This document shows, one piece after another, positions 20,324 to 28,714 of a stretch of DNA of 32,000 nucleotides (its first letter is position 1; every line of letters starts with the position of its first letter). The stretch is from Caedibacter taeniospiralis (GTDB taxonomy: Bacteria > Pseudomonadota > Gammaproteobacteria > Francisellales > Francisellaceae). Below the pieces are notes generated by a model that saw only the letters and a program-made list of their open reading frames with translations, ran no database searches and had not been told where the DNA came from. Made by a program: the position numbers and the translations under genes. The DNA is taken from contig NZ_PGGB02000005.1 in NCBI RefSeq assembly GCF_002803295.2, forward strand, positions 61,969 to 93,968, given 5' to 3'.

Positions 20324-21178
20324 ATGATAAAAGGGTATGGTTTTGGTTTTCTCTATGTTTTTCTTGTCGCTGCTTCGACCATTTGGCTAAACAGTCTGGG
20401 TCAAGGCATAACCATTCCTATCCTTTTATTTTATACCTCGCTGACCTCAATATTGATTTTCAATTTGGTGAATATTAATCGGTTTAAGCAAAACCATGCG
20501 CTAATTTTGAGTTCCAAGAAAAATTGGCTTTATATGTCAATTTGCCTAATCTTCGTCTGGTATTTTACCTACTATGCAACAATTCACAGTTCTGCTGAAT
20601 TTTTCATTGCGACAGCGTTTTTGACGGCAGCATTTATTTCTTCAGGGCTTGCCAAGAAATATTTTAAAACCTTGGCTTGTGTGTTCTCTTTGGGGTTGGT
20701 TTATTTTTATTCTTCTATCGATTCGCCTATCACTTTAGGGACCGCCATGCTTGCAGGGGCAGCAACTTATGCCTATTACCGAAGTTCTTATCAATTTAGC
20801 CAAGAAACAAAAATGAGTGCGTTGGCAATTCTCTCCATTCGATTTTATCTGGTTTTGCTTTTTGCAGTGCTTTACATTGTGGCTTCAGGCGAGCTCATTC
20901 ATCTAAAAATTTCGATTGATGAAATCGCGGTAATTGTCTTATTTGCATTGGTGAACATGGTAATGCCCGCTTATTTGTCGCAAACCTCTTTGCATGCTAT
21001 CGGTGTCAGTAAGTTTACTTTTTTAAACACGCTCATCCCTGCTTTAACCTTCTTTTTGGATGCCATTTTTAATCATACTTGGCATATTCAAATGCTTGTT
21101 GCTTGTCTTTGTGCTACGCTGACCCTGAATGTAGATCAATGGGGACGGGCATTTAGCGCCCGCCAGCAACGTCAATAA
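20324..21178 (+). CDS. DMT/EamA-like multi-pass transporter
   Basis: 284 aa with about ten hydrophobic segments; 26-nt convergent overlap with the SDR gene. Confidence 0.6.
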   Translation: MIKGYGFGFLYVFLVAASTIWLNSLGQGITIPILLFYTSLTSILIFNLVNINRFKQNHALILSSKKNWLYMSICLIFVWYFTYYATIHSSAEFFIATAFLTAAFISSGLAKKYFKTLACVFSLGLVYFYSSIDSPITLGTAMLAGAATYAYYRSSYQFSQETKMSALAILSIRFYLVLLFAVLYIVASGELIHLKISIDEIAVIVLFALVNMVMPAYLSQTSLHAIGVSKFTFLNTLIPALTFFLDAIFNHTWHIQMLVACLCATLTLNVDQWGRAFSARQQRQ

Positions 21179-21899
21179 AACTTCCTGTGACATACGAGGC
21201 TTCATCGGACAACAACCAAAGAATGGCATTTGCTACTTCACCTGGCTCACCACCTCTTTGCATCGGTAAGGAATCTTTGATGCGATCAACCCGATTAGGC
21301 TCACCACCGCTGGCATGGATATCAGTATAAATGAATCCAGGTCTGACACAGTTCACACGAATTCCCTCATTTGCCACTTCTCGTGATAGGCCTATGGTTA
21401 AAGTATCGATTGCTCCTTTTGAGGCGGCATAGTCCACATATTCTCCAGAGGAACCTAAGCGTGATGCGGCAGAGGAAACATTAACAATCGCACCTCCACT
21501 TCCCCCTTGTTTCGTAGACATGCGTTTCACAGCCTCACGTGCGCATAAGAAATGGCTTGTGATGTTGGTCGTGAAAATTCGGTTGAGTCGGGCCATATCC
21601 ATTTGATCAACACGCATTTTTTGCTCTAGGATTCCCACATTGTTGACTAAGGCTGTTAGGAGACCTAGTTCTTTGTCTACCGTTTTAAAGAGCTTTTCAA
21701 CAACGGATTCTTGGCTAACATCCCCTTCAATAGCAATTGCTATCCCGCCAGTTTTTTGGATTTGAGCAACCAAATTCTGAGCTGACTGTTGCTTACGAAG
21801 GTAGTTAATACATACAGCGTAACCTTGTGCTACCGCTTTTAATGCAGTTTCAGCACCAATTCCACGGCTTGCACCTGTGATCAACATTACTTTTTGCAT
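21153..21899 (-). CDS. Short-chain dehydrogenase/reductase
   Basis: VMLITGASRGIGAETA (TGxxxGIG), NNVG, YAASKGAI (YxxxK), classical SDR spacing. Confidence 0.9.
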   Translation of the reverse strand: MQKVMLITGASRGIGAETALKAVAQGYAVCINYLRKQQSAQNLVAQIQKTGGIAIAIEGDVSQESVVEKLFKTVDKELGLLTALVNNVGILEQKMRVDQMDMARLNRIFTTNITSHFLCAREAVKRMSTKQGGSGGAIVNVSSAASRLGSSGEYVDYAASKGAIDTLTIGLSREVANEGIRVNCVRPGFIYTDIHASGGEPNRVDRIKDSLPMQRGGEPGEVANAILWLLSDEASYVTGSFIDVAGGR

Positions 21900-21934
21900 G
21901 TGGTAGTCCTTTCTCGGTCTGGCACCTCATTATT

Positions 21935-22624
21935 CTAGTCAATATTGGACTTACTGATAATGTGCGTACTCCATTTTTTCTTGAGCAGCAGGCATTTTTT
22001 GTTGAGGTAGTTTAACGGAAAGGGCATGGGGCGCATAATATCAACCATCAAGATAACGCGAATGCTGTCGCTGTGATTCGTGACTTCATGGTCATAGCGA
22101 TCATCAATGATAATGCTTTCACCCATTTTCCAAGTATAGGTCTTGTCAGATACCCTAATAAAAGGAGGGTTGTTTTTGGGGATCGTAATTCCAAGGTGAT
22201 ACCTCAGTATGCCTGCATAAGGGCCCTGATGTGCTGCAAGGCAGACGCCAGGCTCCAGCACAGCGATCGTTACATTAATCGGATCGGGCATGCCTTTGAT
22301 AAGCTCAAGTAGTTTAGGGCAATCTTTTTGGGCATGGGGGTTGATTTGCCACATGAAAGACACATAGTAGAGTTTCCAGTTTTCAGAAACCTCTTTGGCT
22401 CGAATGGGATCAATATCTTTGTAGGCAGTCAAATTTCTGGTTGAGACTAGCTGATCAATTTCTTCTTTAATTTCATCAAAGTGGTCTTCTAATATTTTTG
22501 AGTCTGGAAAAACCTTTTTTGAATCCAAAAAAGGCGGGCGCCTGTCCCAGCCTGCATAAGTTAAAAAAAGAGCATTTAAGAGGCTTCTGAAAAAAGCGCT
22601 ATTCTTACTGATTGATCCCTTCAT
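21935..22624 (-). CDS. Aspartyl/asparaginyl beta-hydroxylase-like (LpxO/AspH fold) Fe/2OG oxygenase
   Basis: VAVLEPGVCLAAHQGPYAGILRYHLGITIP ... YTWKMGESIIIDDRYDHEVTNHSDSIRVILMVDIMRP matches the HxGPY..LRYHLG and DxxxxHEVxN...R..L..D..RP signature. Confidence 0.82.
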   Translation of the reverse strand: MKGSISKNSAFFRSLLNALFLTYAGWDRRPPFLDSKKVFPDSKILEDHFDEIKEEIDQLVSTRNLTAYKDIDPIRAKEVSENWKLYYVSFMWQINPHAQKDCPKLLELIKGMPDPINVTIAVLEPGVCLAAHQGPYAGILRYHLGITIPKNNPPFIRVSDKTYTWKMGESIIIDDRYDHEVTNHSDSIRVILMVDIMRPMPFPLNYLNKKCLLLKKKWSTHIISKSNID

Positions 22625-22635
22625 TTTTCCCTCTC

Positions 22636-23469
22636 TTAATTTCTAGGTTTTCTGGCAATGATATAGCAGAACTGGCCTATTTTTTGTCTGAGTTTATCCC
22701 TGGACTGAATATAGTCATGAATTTTCCCACTTTCTTTTAAAGAGGTTAATTTATTCAGTACCCCATTGAGCTCATCTGGGGTTAATAAGGAAAAATGCGA
22801 GTCGCCATCCCTGAATTCTTTCTTATAAAGAGAGTCAGCATCGAAATATCCATTGTGTTGGATGATGGTAGAAGTGGGTACGATTTTTTCTGGGGTGGCA
22901 TAGCCAAACGTATTGAGTATTTCTACCAATTGATCATCAGATAAAAAGCGTTTTTTCATTCTATCTACGGCAGGCTTAATCAATTCACCCCACCACACGC
23001 CATCATCCAATTGTTCGTGAGTGATGGTGTTGATGATCAATCTCCCATTGGGTTTTAAAGCCTTAAGCGCATATTCAAAAAAGCGTCTGTGATTTTTAAA
23101 GTTTGTGTCTACTTCATCTATGTGATGAAGCGACTGGTTGCACATAATAGCATCGAATGTATTTTCTTTAAATGGAAGCTCAGAAATATCACATCGAATT
23201 AGGTCATCATTTTTCAGGTCTTTTTCTGTATATTTTTCTTTTGCTTTGGCAAGCATTCCCTGGCTAAAATCTGCGGAAATCACATTTGGAATGAATTTTT
23301 TTAAAGGGACTGCATAGTTACCTGTACCACACCCTGCATCCAGAACCTTAATATTTTCCAGTTTCTCCTGTATCGTTAGAATGTAGCCAAGGACAATTTC
23401 AATACCGACTGCGCTTCTGGTTTTATCATAATTTTTGCTGGTTTCGTCATAGCGCTCATACTTACTCAT
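22636..23469 (-). CDS. Class I SAM-dependent methyltransferase
   Basis: VLDAGCGTGNYAVPLKKF motif I, FDAIMCNQSLHHI, LKPNGRLIINTI. Confidence 0.88.
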   Translation of the reverse strand: MSKYERYDETSKNYDKTRSAVGIEIVLGYILTIQEKLENIKVLDAGCGTGNYAVPLKKFIPNVISADFSQGMLAKAKEKYTEKDLKNDDLIRCDISELPFKENTFDAIMCNQSLHHIDEVDTNFKNHRRFFEYALKALKPNGRLIINTITHEQLDDGVWWGELIKPAVDRMKKRFLSDDQLVEILNTFGYATPEKIVPTSTIIQHNGYFDADSLYKKEFRDGDSHFSLLTPDELNGVLNKLTSLKESGKIHDYIQSRDKLRQKIGQFCYIIARKPRN

Positions 23470-23651
23470 TTGCTTAACTCCTTGTCGCTGATTTTGATTG
23501 CTTCACTGCTGATTAAATTGGGTATGCCATCCTTGATGAGATAGGCGACACCGATCTCTTTTGAGATTAAGCGGTTATTTGCCTCATCATAAATTAGAGG
23601 TTGCCTGGTGGTTGGGCAAACAAGATAATTGAGTAGTTCCTTGTTAAACAT
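23466..23651 (-). CDS. Trm112/YcaR (UPF0434)-like small protein
   Basis: MFNKELLNYLVCPTTRQPLIYDEANNRLISKEIGVAYLIKDGIPNLISSEA resembles the family pattern LLexLvCPxcxxpL...lis...glaYPIrdGIPvLL. ATG at 23651 preferred over 23717. Overlaps the methyltransferase start in ATGA. Confidence 0.8.
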   Translation of the reverse strand: MFNKELLNYLVCPTTRQPLIYDEANNRLISKEIGVAYLIKDGIPNLISSEAIKISDKELSK

Positions 23652-24693
23652 TTTTAGCGTTCTCCGTTGCTGAGTTGAAGTTAATGATAGATTGTAAAGG
23701 TACTGGGGAAAAGCCAAGGCGTTCTTTTATAGCCTGTGTTGTGCGTCCTGCCTCAATGATCTTGTAATTATGTTGTAGGGCATATTGATACAAATTGACA
23801 TACAACATGGTGTAAGGGCTGTATTCAGTTAAGGAGTAATCCACCCCAAGCGCCCAAAAATGCAGCGTGTCATGGTCTAAAAATACGATACCAGCAGCGA
23901 CTCGCTGCTCGCCATGCTTGATCTCAAGTACCGTTGCAATGGCATCGCAGCTTTTTAGAAAATTGTACATCGGGCCTTTCGGATAGTAAGCCCCTGTCCC
24001 ATATTTGTCAGTGGTCTGATGAATCAAATCGACAACCGCTTCTAAATCAGCATCCCGAATGTTGTACCACTTTGCAGAGGAGTCGGTTGCATTGTATTTT
24101 CGTATTTGCCTATTTACTTCTTGTCGCCCATGTCTAGGTAGCTTTGCAATAATTTCATCTAAACTGGAGTGTGGAGCTATCTCTGTCCTAAAACGATTCC
24201 ACATAGGATTGATTTTGTACTCATGCTTGCTAAAAATATCCAAGGGATAGCTTAAGGAATGAGTATCAATATTTAAAACACCGCAGCATTCTATTTGTTC
24301 TTTTTGGCGGATTGCTTTCAAAGAGCTCAAGATTTTTTCAATTACGATGTTTTCATGGCCTTTGGCCGCCAAAATTCTTGAATCGCTAACGTGCATAATA
24401 TGAGAGAAGAGCGCTTTGGTATCAGCAGAAAAATCATAGTTAGTGCTTTGGCTTAGCACTTTGAAGGTGTCTACATTTTTTTGTAGGTATAAAGGGAGAA
24501 AGCCAACAATATCATCCTTGTGTTTAACAACGATGTAGAATGTTTTTAAGGTAGGAAGCAACGGAAATTGCTCAACAGCATTTAAAAGTTCCCAGCTATA
24601 AAATACAGATGCCCCCACAGATTTTTGAAATTTTTCGTATGGAGCGTGTTCAATGCTCTTAAGACCTTCAAAAACAGAAACTTCAAAACTCAA
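23644..24693 (-). CDS. FemAB/GNAT-like (BioF2/acetyltransf_6 type) acyl- or aminoacyl-transferase
   Basis: 349 aa; RQEVNRQIRKY..., AAGIVFLDHDTLHFWALGVDYSLTEYSPYTMLYVNLYQYALQHNYKIIEAGRTTQAIKERLGFSP resembles the second GNAT subdomain of Fem-like proteins. Confidence 0.65.
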   Translation of the reverse strand: MSFEVSVFEGLKSIEHAPYEKFQKSVGASVFYSWELLNAVEQFPLLPTLKTFYIVVKHKDDIVGFLPLYLQKNVDTFKVLSQSTNYDFSADTKALFSHIMHVSDSRILAAKGHENIVIEKILSSLKAIRQKEQIECCGVLNIDTHSLSYPLDIFSKHEYKINPMWNRFRTEIAPHSSLDEIIAKLPRHGRQEVNRQIRKYNATDSSAKWYNIRDADLEAVVDLIHQTTDKYGTGAYYPKGPMYNFLKSCDAIATVLEIKHGEQRVAAGIVFLDHDTLHFWALGVDYSLTEYSPYTMLYVNLYQYALQHNYKIIEAGRTTQAIKERLGFSPVPLQSIINFNSATENAKNV

Positions 24694-25076
24694 GATCGCC
24701 CCCTAGCTAATTTATATTCTATGGTGTCGTGATTTAATAAATCAATGGCACTACCTCAAGCAAGCACAGGTAAGTAACCACAAGATTTTAATCTCTTCGG
24801 GATATATTTCCCGCTGCTTGCGGCAGGGAGTTTCATTTGAGCCCAGTTTTCAAATTTATTATGATTTTTTGCAAAAAAGCAATCAAATGGAAATGAAACT
24901 TAGGAGCGAATTCTAGCGTAAAACGTAAGGCAATACAAAACAAAAATTAGGTTTTTGCTATTTCAGGGAAGTGTAAGAAAAAGTGATGAAGGTGTTGTTT
25001 AATTCCTGTAAATATTGTAATTTTATGGCAGTTCGCACAAACTTGGCATAGCTCAGGTAAAGAGATAACGAAGTGA

Positions 25077-25462
25077 TTAAGATTCAACTTAATTAGGGAA
25101 GCACAATGCTGTGAAAATGTGCGTAAATTACGTTGGTCAAAGGGCGTGATCTGTGCCCATATTGCCAAGCCCTGTCAGAAGAGATTATGAAGAGAAGGAG
25201 AGTGGGGAAAAGCATGTTCTGTCCACGTTATCGTTGCGAACGATGTCATCAGGACTTTGATGACTTAACTAATAGCATTTTCACAGCGTGCCATCAACCC
25301 CTGAGGGTGTGGATTTTACGCCTTTATTTTATGGGTTTAAAGTTATCCAATGAGCAGATTGCAAAGAAGTTTGTGTATAATGCAAGAAAAAAGAGAAAGG
25401 TCTTACCTGACCACTCTTTAGAGGCTTTTTTATGTAGAAAACCAACATTGGAGAAAGCATGA
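25077..25462 (+). pseudogene. Decayed IS1595-like (zinc-ribbon, ISXO2-type) transposase N-terminal fragment
   Basis: Frame 0 LRFNLIREAQCCENVRKLRWSKG then, after a frame change near 25140-25145, RDLCPYCQ...MFCPRYRCERCHQDFDDLTNSIFTACHQPLRVWILRLYFMGLKLSNEQIAKKF. No catalytic domain follows. Confidence 0.7.
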
Positions 25463-26358
25463 CCATCACCTCCCTGAAACACCAAAAGAACCATCTAAAA
25501 AATTAAAGGAACTGCTTTACAGCTCGGAATTAAAATTTTTTATGGAGTCTCATAGTGCATTAAGTGCCAAAATTGCAGAGGATGCAGGATTTGAGGCTTT
25601 ATGGGCCTCACGTCTCTCCATTTCTGCTTCAATGGGGTTAAGTGATAGAAACGAAGCCTCTTGGACACAGGTTCTAGAGGTAGTTGAGTTTATGGCTGAC
25701 CATACTAAAGTTCCTATTTTAATGGATGGCGACACTGGCTTTGGCAACTTCAATAATGTGCGCCGTTTAGTGAAAAAGCTCTCCCAAAAAGGAGTGGCTG
25801 GGGTATGCCTGGAAGATAAGCTATTTCCAAAGCTTAATTCTTTCTTAGGGGATGGTCAGGAATTAGCAGATATTGAAGAGTTCAGTGGAAAAATTAAAGC
25901 TGCCAAAGATAGCCAACTGCATGATGATTTTTGTGTGGTAGCACGTACTGAAGCGCTTGTTGCAGGTCATGGCATGGACGAAGCTTTGAAGCGTGCAGAT
26001 CGTTTTCATGCTGCTGGTGCAGATGCCATCTTGATTCATTCTAAAAAAGATACGGGAGACGAGGTGCTAGAATTTTGTAAACGGTGGGAGAATCGTTGCC
26101 CTGTCGTGATCGTGCCGACAAAATACTACAAAACTCCCACCACCACTTATCGGGAAGCTGGCGTGTCAACTGTAATTTGGGCTAACCATAGCTTGCGTGC
26201 GTCTATTGCAGCGATGAAGCGTGTAACTTCTCTGAATTAAAAAAGAAGAAGCTGTTTCTGGTATTGAGCATGAAATTGCCTCTCTTCACGATGTGTTCTC
26301 ATTAACAAATGAATTTGAAGTGCAGGAAGCTGAAAGAAAATACGGTATGCCATCATGA
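25459..26358 (+). CDS. pepM: Phosphoenolpyruvate mutase (PepM); reading frame interrupted near both ends. The longest intact ORF is 25542-26240
   Basis: [13 protein letters not shown] contains the EDK-x5-NS PEP mutase motif; [54 protein letters not shown]. Residues upstream in frame 0 ([15 protein letters not shown]) and downstream in frame 1 ([39 protein letters not shown]) also match PepM ends. The frame 1 stop overlaps the next gene as ATGA. Confidence 0.85.
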
Positions 26359-27467
26359 TTTGTCCAGAATATTTTACCAATGCTCTCATTGATCGTGGCG
26401 TGCAATTTTTCACAGGGGTGCCTTGCTCCTATTTAACCCCATTGATCAATGAGGTCATCGCTACCGAGGTCACGGATTACGTGATTGCTTCAAGCGAAGG
26501 AGATGCCCTTGCTATGGCTTCAGGAGCATGGCTCGCTGGCAAATTAGGATTGGTGATGTGTCAAAATTCAGGACTTGGCAACATGATTAATCCTTTAACA
26601 TCATTAAATGCCCCTTTTAACATTCCCGTTTTGCTATTGATCACGTGGAGAGGCAAGCCTGGTGAGCCCGATGAGCCTCAGCATGAGGTAATGGGGAAAA
26701 TTACAACAGGTCTTTTAGATTTAATGGGGATTCAATGGAGCTATTTTCCCGAGACTGAAGCCGAGGTTTTGGCATCCTTGGATAAAGCCATGTCAGTCAT
26801 GGGCAATGCCCATTGTCCTTATGCCCTCATTTTACAAAAGGACAGTTTCAAAACAGGAAAGCCAGCGCCTAAAGTGGTTGAAGATGCGCACTTGCCAACT
26901 CGTGAGGAAGTATTGAGCACTTTCTTAAAATCTTTGCCCGATGAGGTCTCTGTGATTGCAACCACAGGAAAAACAGGACGGGAGCTATACACGTTGCAAG
27001 ATCATTCAAAGCATTTCTACTGCGTAGGCTCAATGGGCTATGCTAATGCTTTAGCTCATGGAGTGGCCTTAAATAGCAAAAAACCAGTGTTTGTGATTGA
27101 TGGTGATGGAGCAGCGATTATGCATCTTGGAAATCTCACCAGTATTGGTGCCAGTGCGCCGAGTAATTTAGTACATGTTATTTTAGATAATGGAACGTAT
27201 GATTCTACAGGGGCTCAAGCTACCGTTTCGGAGTACGTCGATTTTGCAGCATTAGCCAAAAGTTTGGGCTATAAAAAACAATTTCGCTGCTCTTCGCTAA
27301 GGGATTTTTCAAATGCTTTGAAAACCGTAGATTCTGGTGGACCTGCATTAATTCATTTGAAAATAAAAAGCGGTTCAATGAAAAATTTAGGGCGTCCAGC
27401 GGTTAAGCCGCATGAAATTGCTCGTCGGTTACGTCAACACATTCAGAAAATGGAACAAGGGGAATAG
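26355..27467 (+). CDS. ppd: Phosphonopyruvate decarboxylase (ThDP-dependent)
   Basis: FFTGVPCSYLTPLINEV, ASSEGDALAMASGAWLAGK, QNSGLGNMINPLTSL, LLITWRGKPGEPDEPQHEVMG, VIDGDGAAIMHLGNLTSIG, HVILDNGTYDSTGAQ. Confidence 0.94.
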   Translation: MICPEYFTNALIDRGVQFFTGVPCSYLTPLINEVIATEVTDYVIASSEGDALAMASGAWLAGKLGLVMCQNSGLGNMINPLTSLNAPFNIPVLLLITWRGKPGEPDEPQHEVMGKITTGLLDLMGIQWSYFPETEAEVLASLDKAMSVMGNAHCPYALILQKDSFKTGKPAPKVVEDAHLPTREEVLSTFLKSLPDEVSVIATTGKTGRELYTLQDHSKHFYCVGSMGYANALAHGVALNSKKPVFVIDGDGAAIMHLGNLTSIGASAPSNLVHVILDNGTYDSTGAQATVSEYVDFAALAKSLGYKKQFRCSSLRDFSNALKTVDSGGPALIHLKIKSGSMKNLGRPAVKPHEIARRLRQHIQKMEQGE

Positions 27468-27470
27468 TTT

Positions 27471-28703
27471 ATGCCAGAAATGATTAAAAAAGCCAAGCTC
27501 AATCCAAGCTTGTTAAACCTACAAATTTACGCTTCTAAAGCTATTTCCTTAGAGGTCAAAAAGAACCCTGACATAGTGGGGCTAAGCTTTGGTGAGCCAG
27601 AGTTTGGTCCCCCCCCTTATGCCCTAAAAGACATTGAAGATAAAGACCTTTCTATCGGCAACTTTTTAAACGCGGTAAAGCGCTATGAGGACCCGAAAGG
27701 ATCATTAGAGCTTAGGCAGGCTATCGCTGCTTGGTATAAGCAGCGTTACAATTTAGATGTGAACCCTGAGAAAGAAATTATGGTGACACACGGAGGGGTT
27801 GAGGCCATTACCCTAGCCATTTTGTCTACCAGTGAAGTGGGTGATATCATTGCGGTGACGGACCCCTCTTACATGCTTTATTCTCGAACGATTACAACCC
27901 TAGAGCGTAAGTGCCATACGATTCATCGTCCAGTAGGCGGGTATGAATATAAGAAAATTCTGGAAGATAAAGCTATTCTGCAGTCAGACTTTGCCAAAGC
28001 AAAAACGATCATTATTAATTCACCAGAAAATCCTTCTGGGTATGTGGTTGATCCTACTGAATGGGAAATGATTGCCGATTACTCCAAAAAAATGGGGCTA
28101 TGGGTCATTCATGATGAGGTTTACGATACAATGGCGTTCGAGCGAAAGCACATTCCATTTCGAGCTAGTTGTTCTTTGCCACCCTATTCAATTATGATCA
28201 ACAGCTTTTCTAAAAAATTTGGTATTCCAGGCTTACGTATTGGCTGGATAGTCGCAAATGAAGAGGTAATTAATTTAGCGAGCAAGATTCATGACTATAT
28301 GTATCTTGGGGTCAATATTCAGTATGAAAAAATTGCAACTCGCTTACTGTCTGACCAAAGAAATATGGAATGGCTGGCAGGCATTACTCAGAAAATAAAG
28401 CAACGCGCAGAAAAAGCAATGCACGTTCTGGGTGAACAGCAAGGGTTTTCCTGGCCTCGTCTGCCTCTTGGCGCAATGTTTCTTTTCCCGAATGTGCGTG
28501 CTTTGTATGATAAAATGCCTGAAGCCTATCGGTCAAAAGGTGTAGTTGTAGGGGATGCTGTAGCACAATATTTGATGAAAGAGAAAAAAGTGGCTGTCGT
28601 GCCTGGTTCAGTGTACGGTTCGGAAAGCAGTGAGCATGTACGCCTGGTATTGTGTACAACTGATAAAGAGTTTGATCTTGCGCTTGACCGCCTTCAAGCT
28701 TAA
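27471..28703 (+). CDS. Class I/II (fold type I) PLP-dependent aminotransferase
   Basis: GLSFGEPEFGPP, VTHGGVEAI, NSPENPSGYVV, VIHDEVYD, SFSKKFGIPGLRIGW (PLP lysine), VRLVLCTT. Confidence 0.9.
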   Translation: MPEMIKKAKLNPSLLNLQIYASKAISLEVKKNPDIVGLSFGEPEFGPPPYALKDIEDKDLSIGNFLNAVKRYEDPKGSLELRQAIAAWYKQRYNLDVNPEKEIMVTHGGVEAITLAILSTSEVGDIIAVTDPSYMLYSRTITTLERKCHTIHRPVGGYEYKKILEDKAILQSDFAKAKTIIINSPENPSGYVVDPTEWEMIADYSKKMGLWVIHDEVYDTMAFERKHIPFRASCSLPPYSIMINSFSKKFGIPGLRIGWIVANEEVINLASKIHDYMYLGVNIQYEKIATRLLSDQRNMEWLAGITQKIKQRAEKAMHVLGEQQGFSWPRLPLGAMFLFPNVRALYDKMPEAYRSKGVVVGDAVAQYLMKEKKVAVVPGSVYGSESSEHVRLVLCTTDKEFDLALDRLQA

Positions 28704-28714
28704 GGGCGTCAATC

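Noticed and set aside
24947-25168. - strand 73 aa Cys/His-rich ORF (MAIWAQITPFDQRNLRTFSQH...)
   Set aside because: It is the complement of the transposase relic and its upstream remnant; Cys/His content is coincidental with the opposite strand zinc ribbon.
25542-26240. Interpretation of the PepM-like ORF as 2-methylisocitrate lyase or oxaloacetate/phosphonopyruvate hydrolase
   Set aside because: The EDK-x5-NS motif plus immediate adjacency to a phosphonopyruvate decarboxylase gene argues for PEP mutase ancestry, although the loop substitution leaves present activity uncertain.
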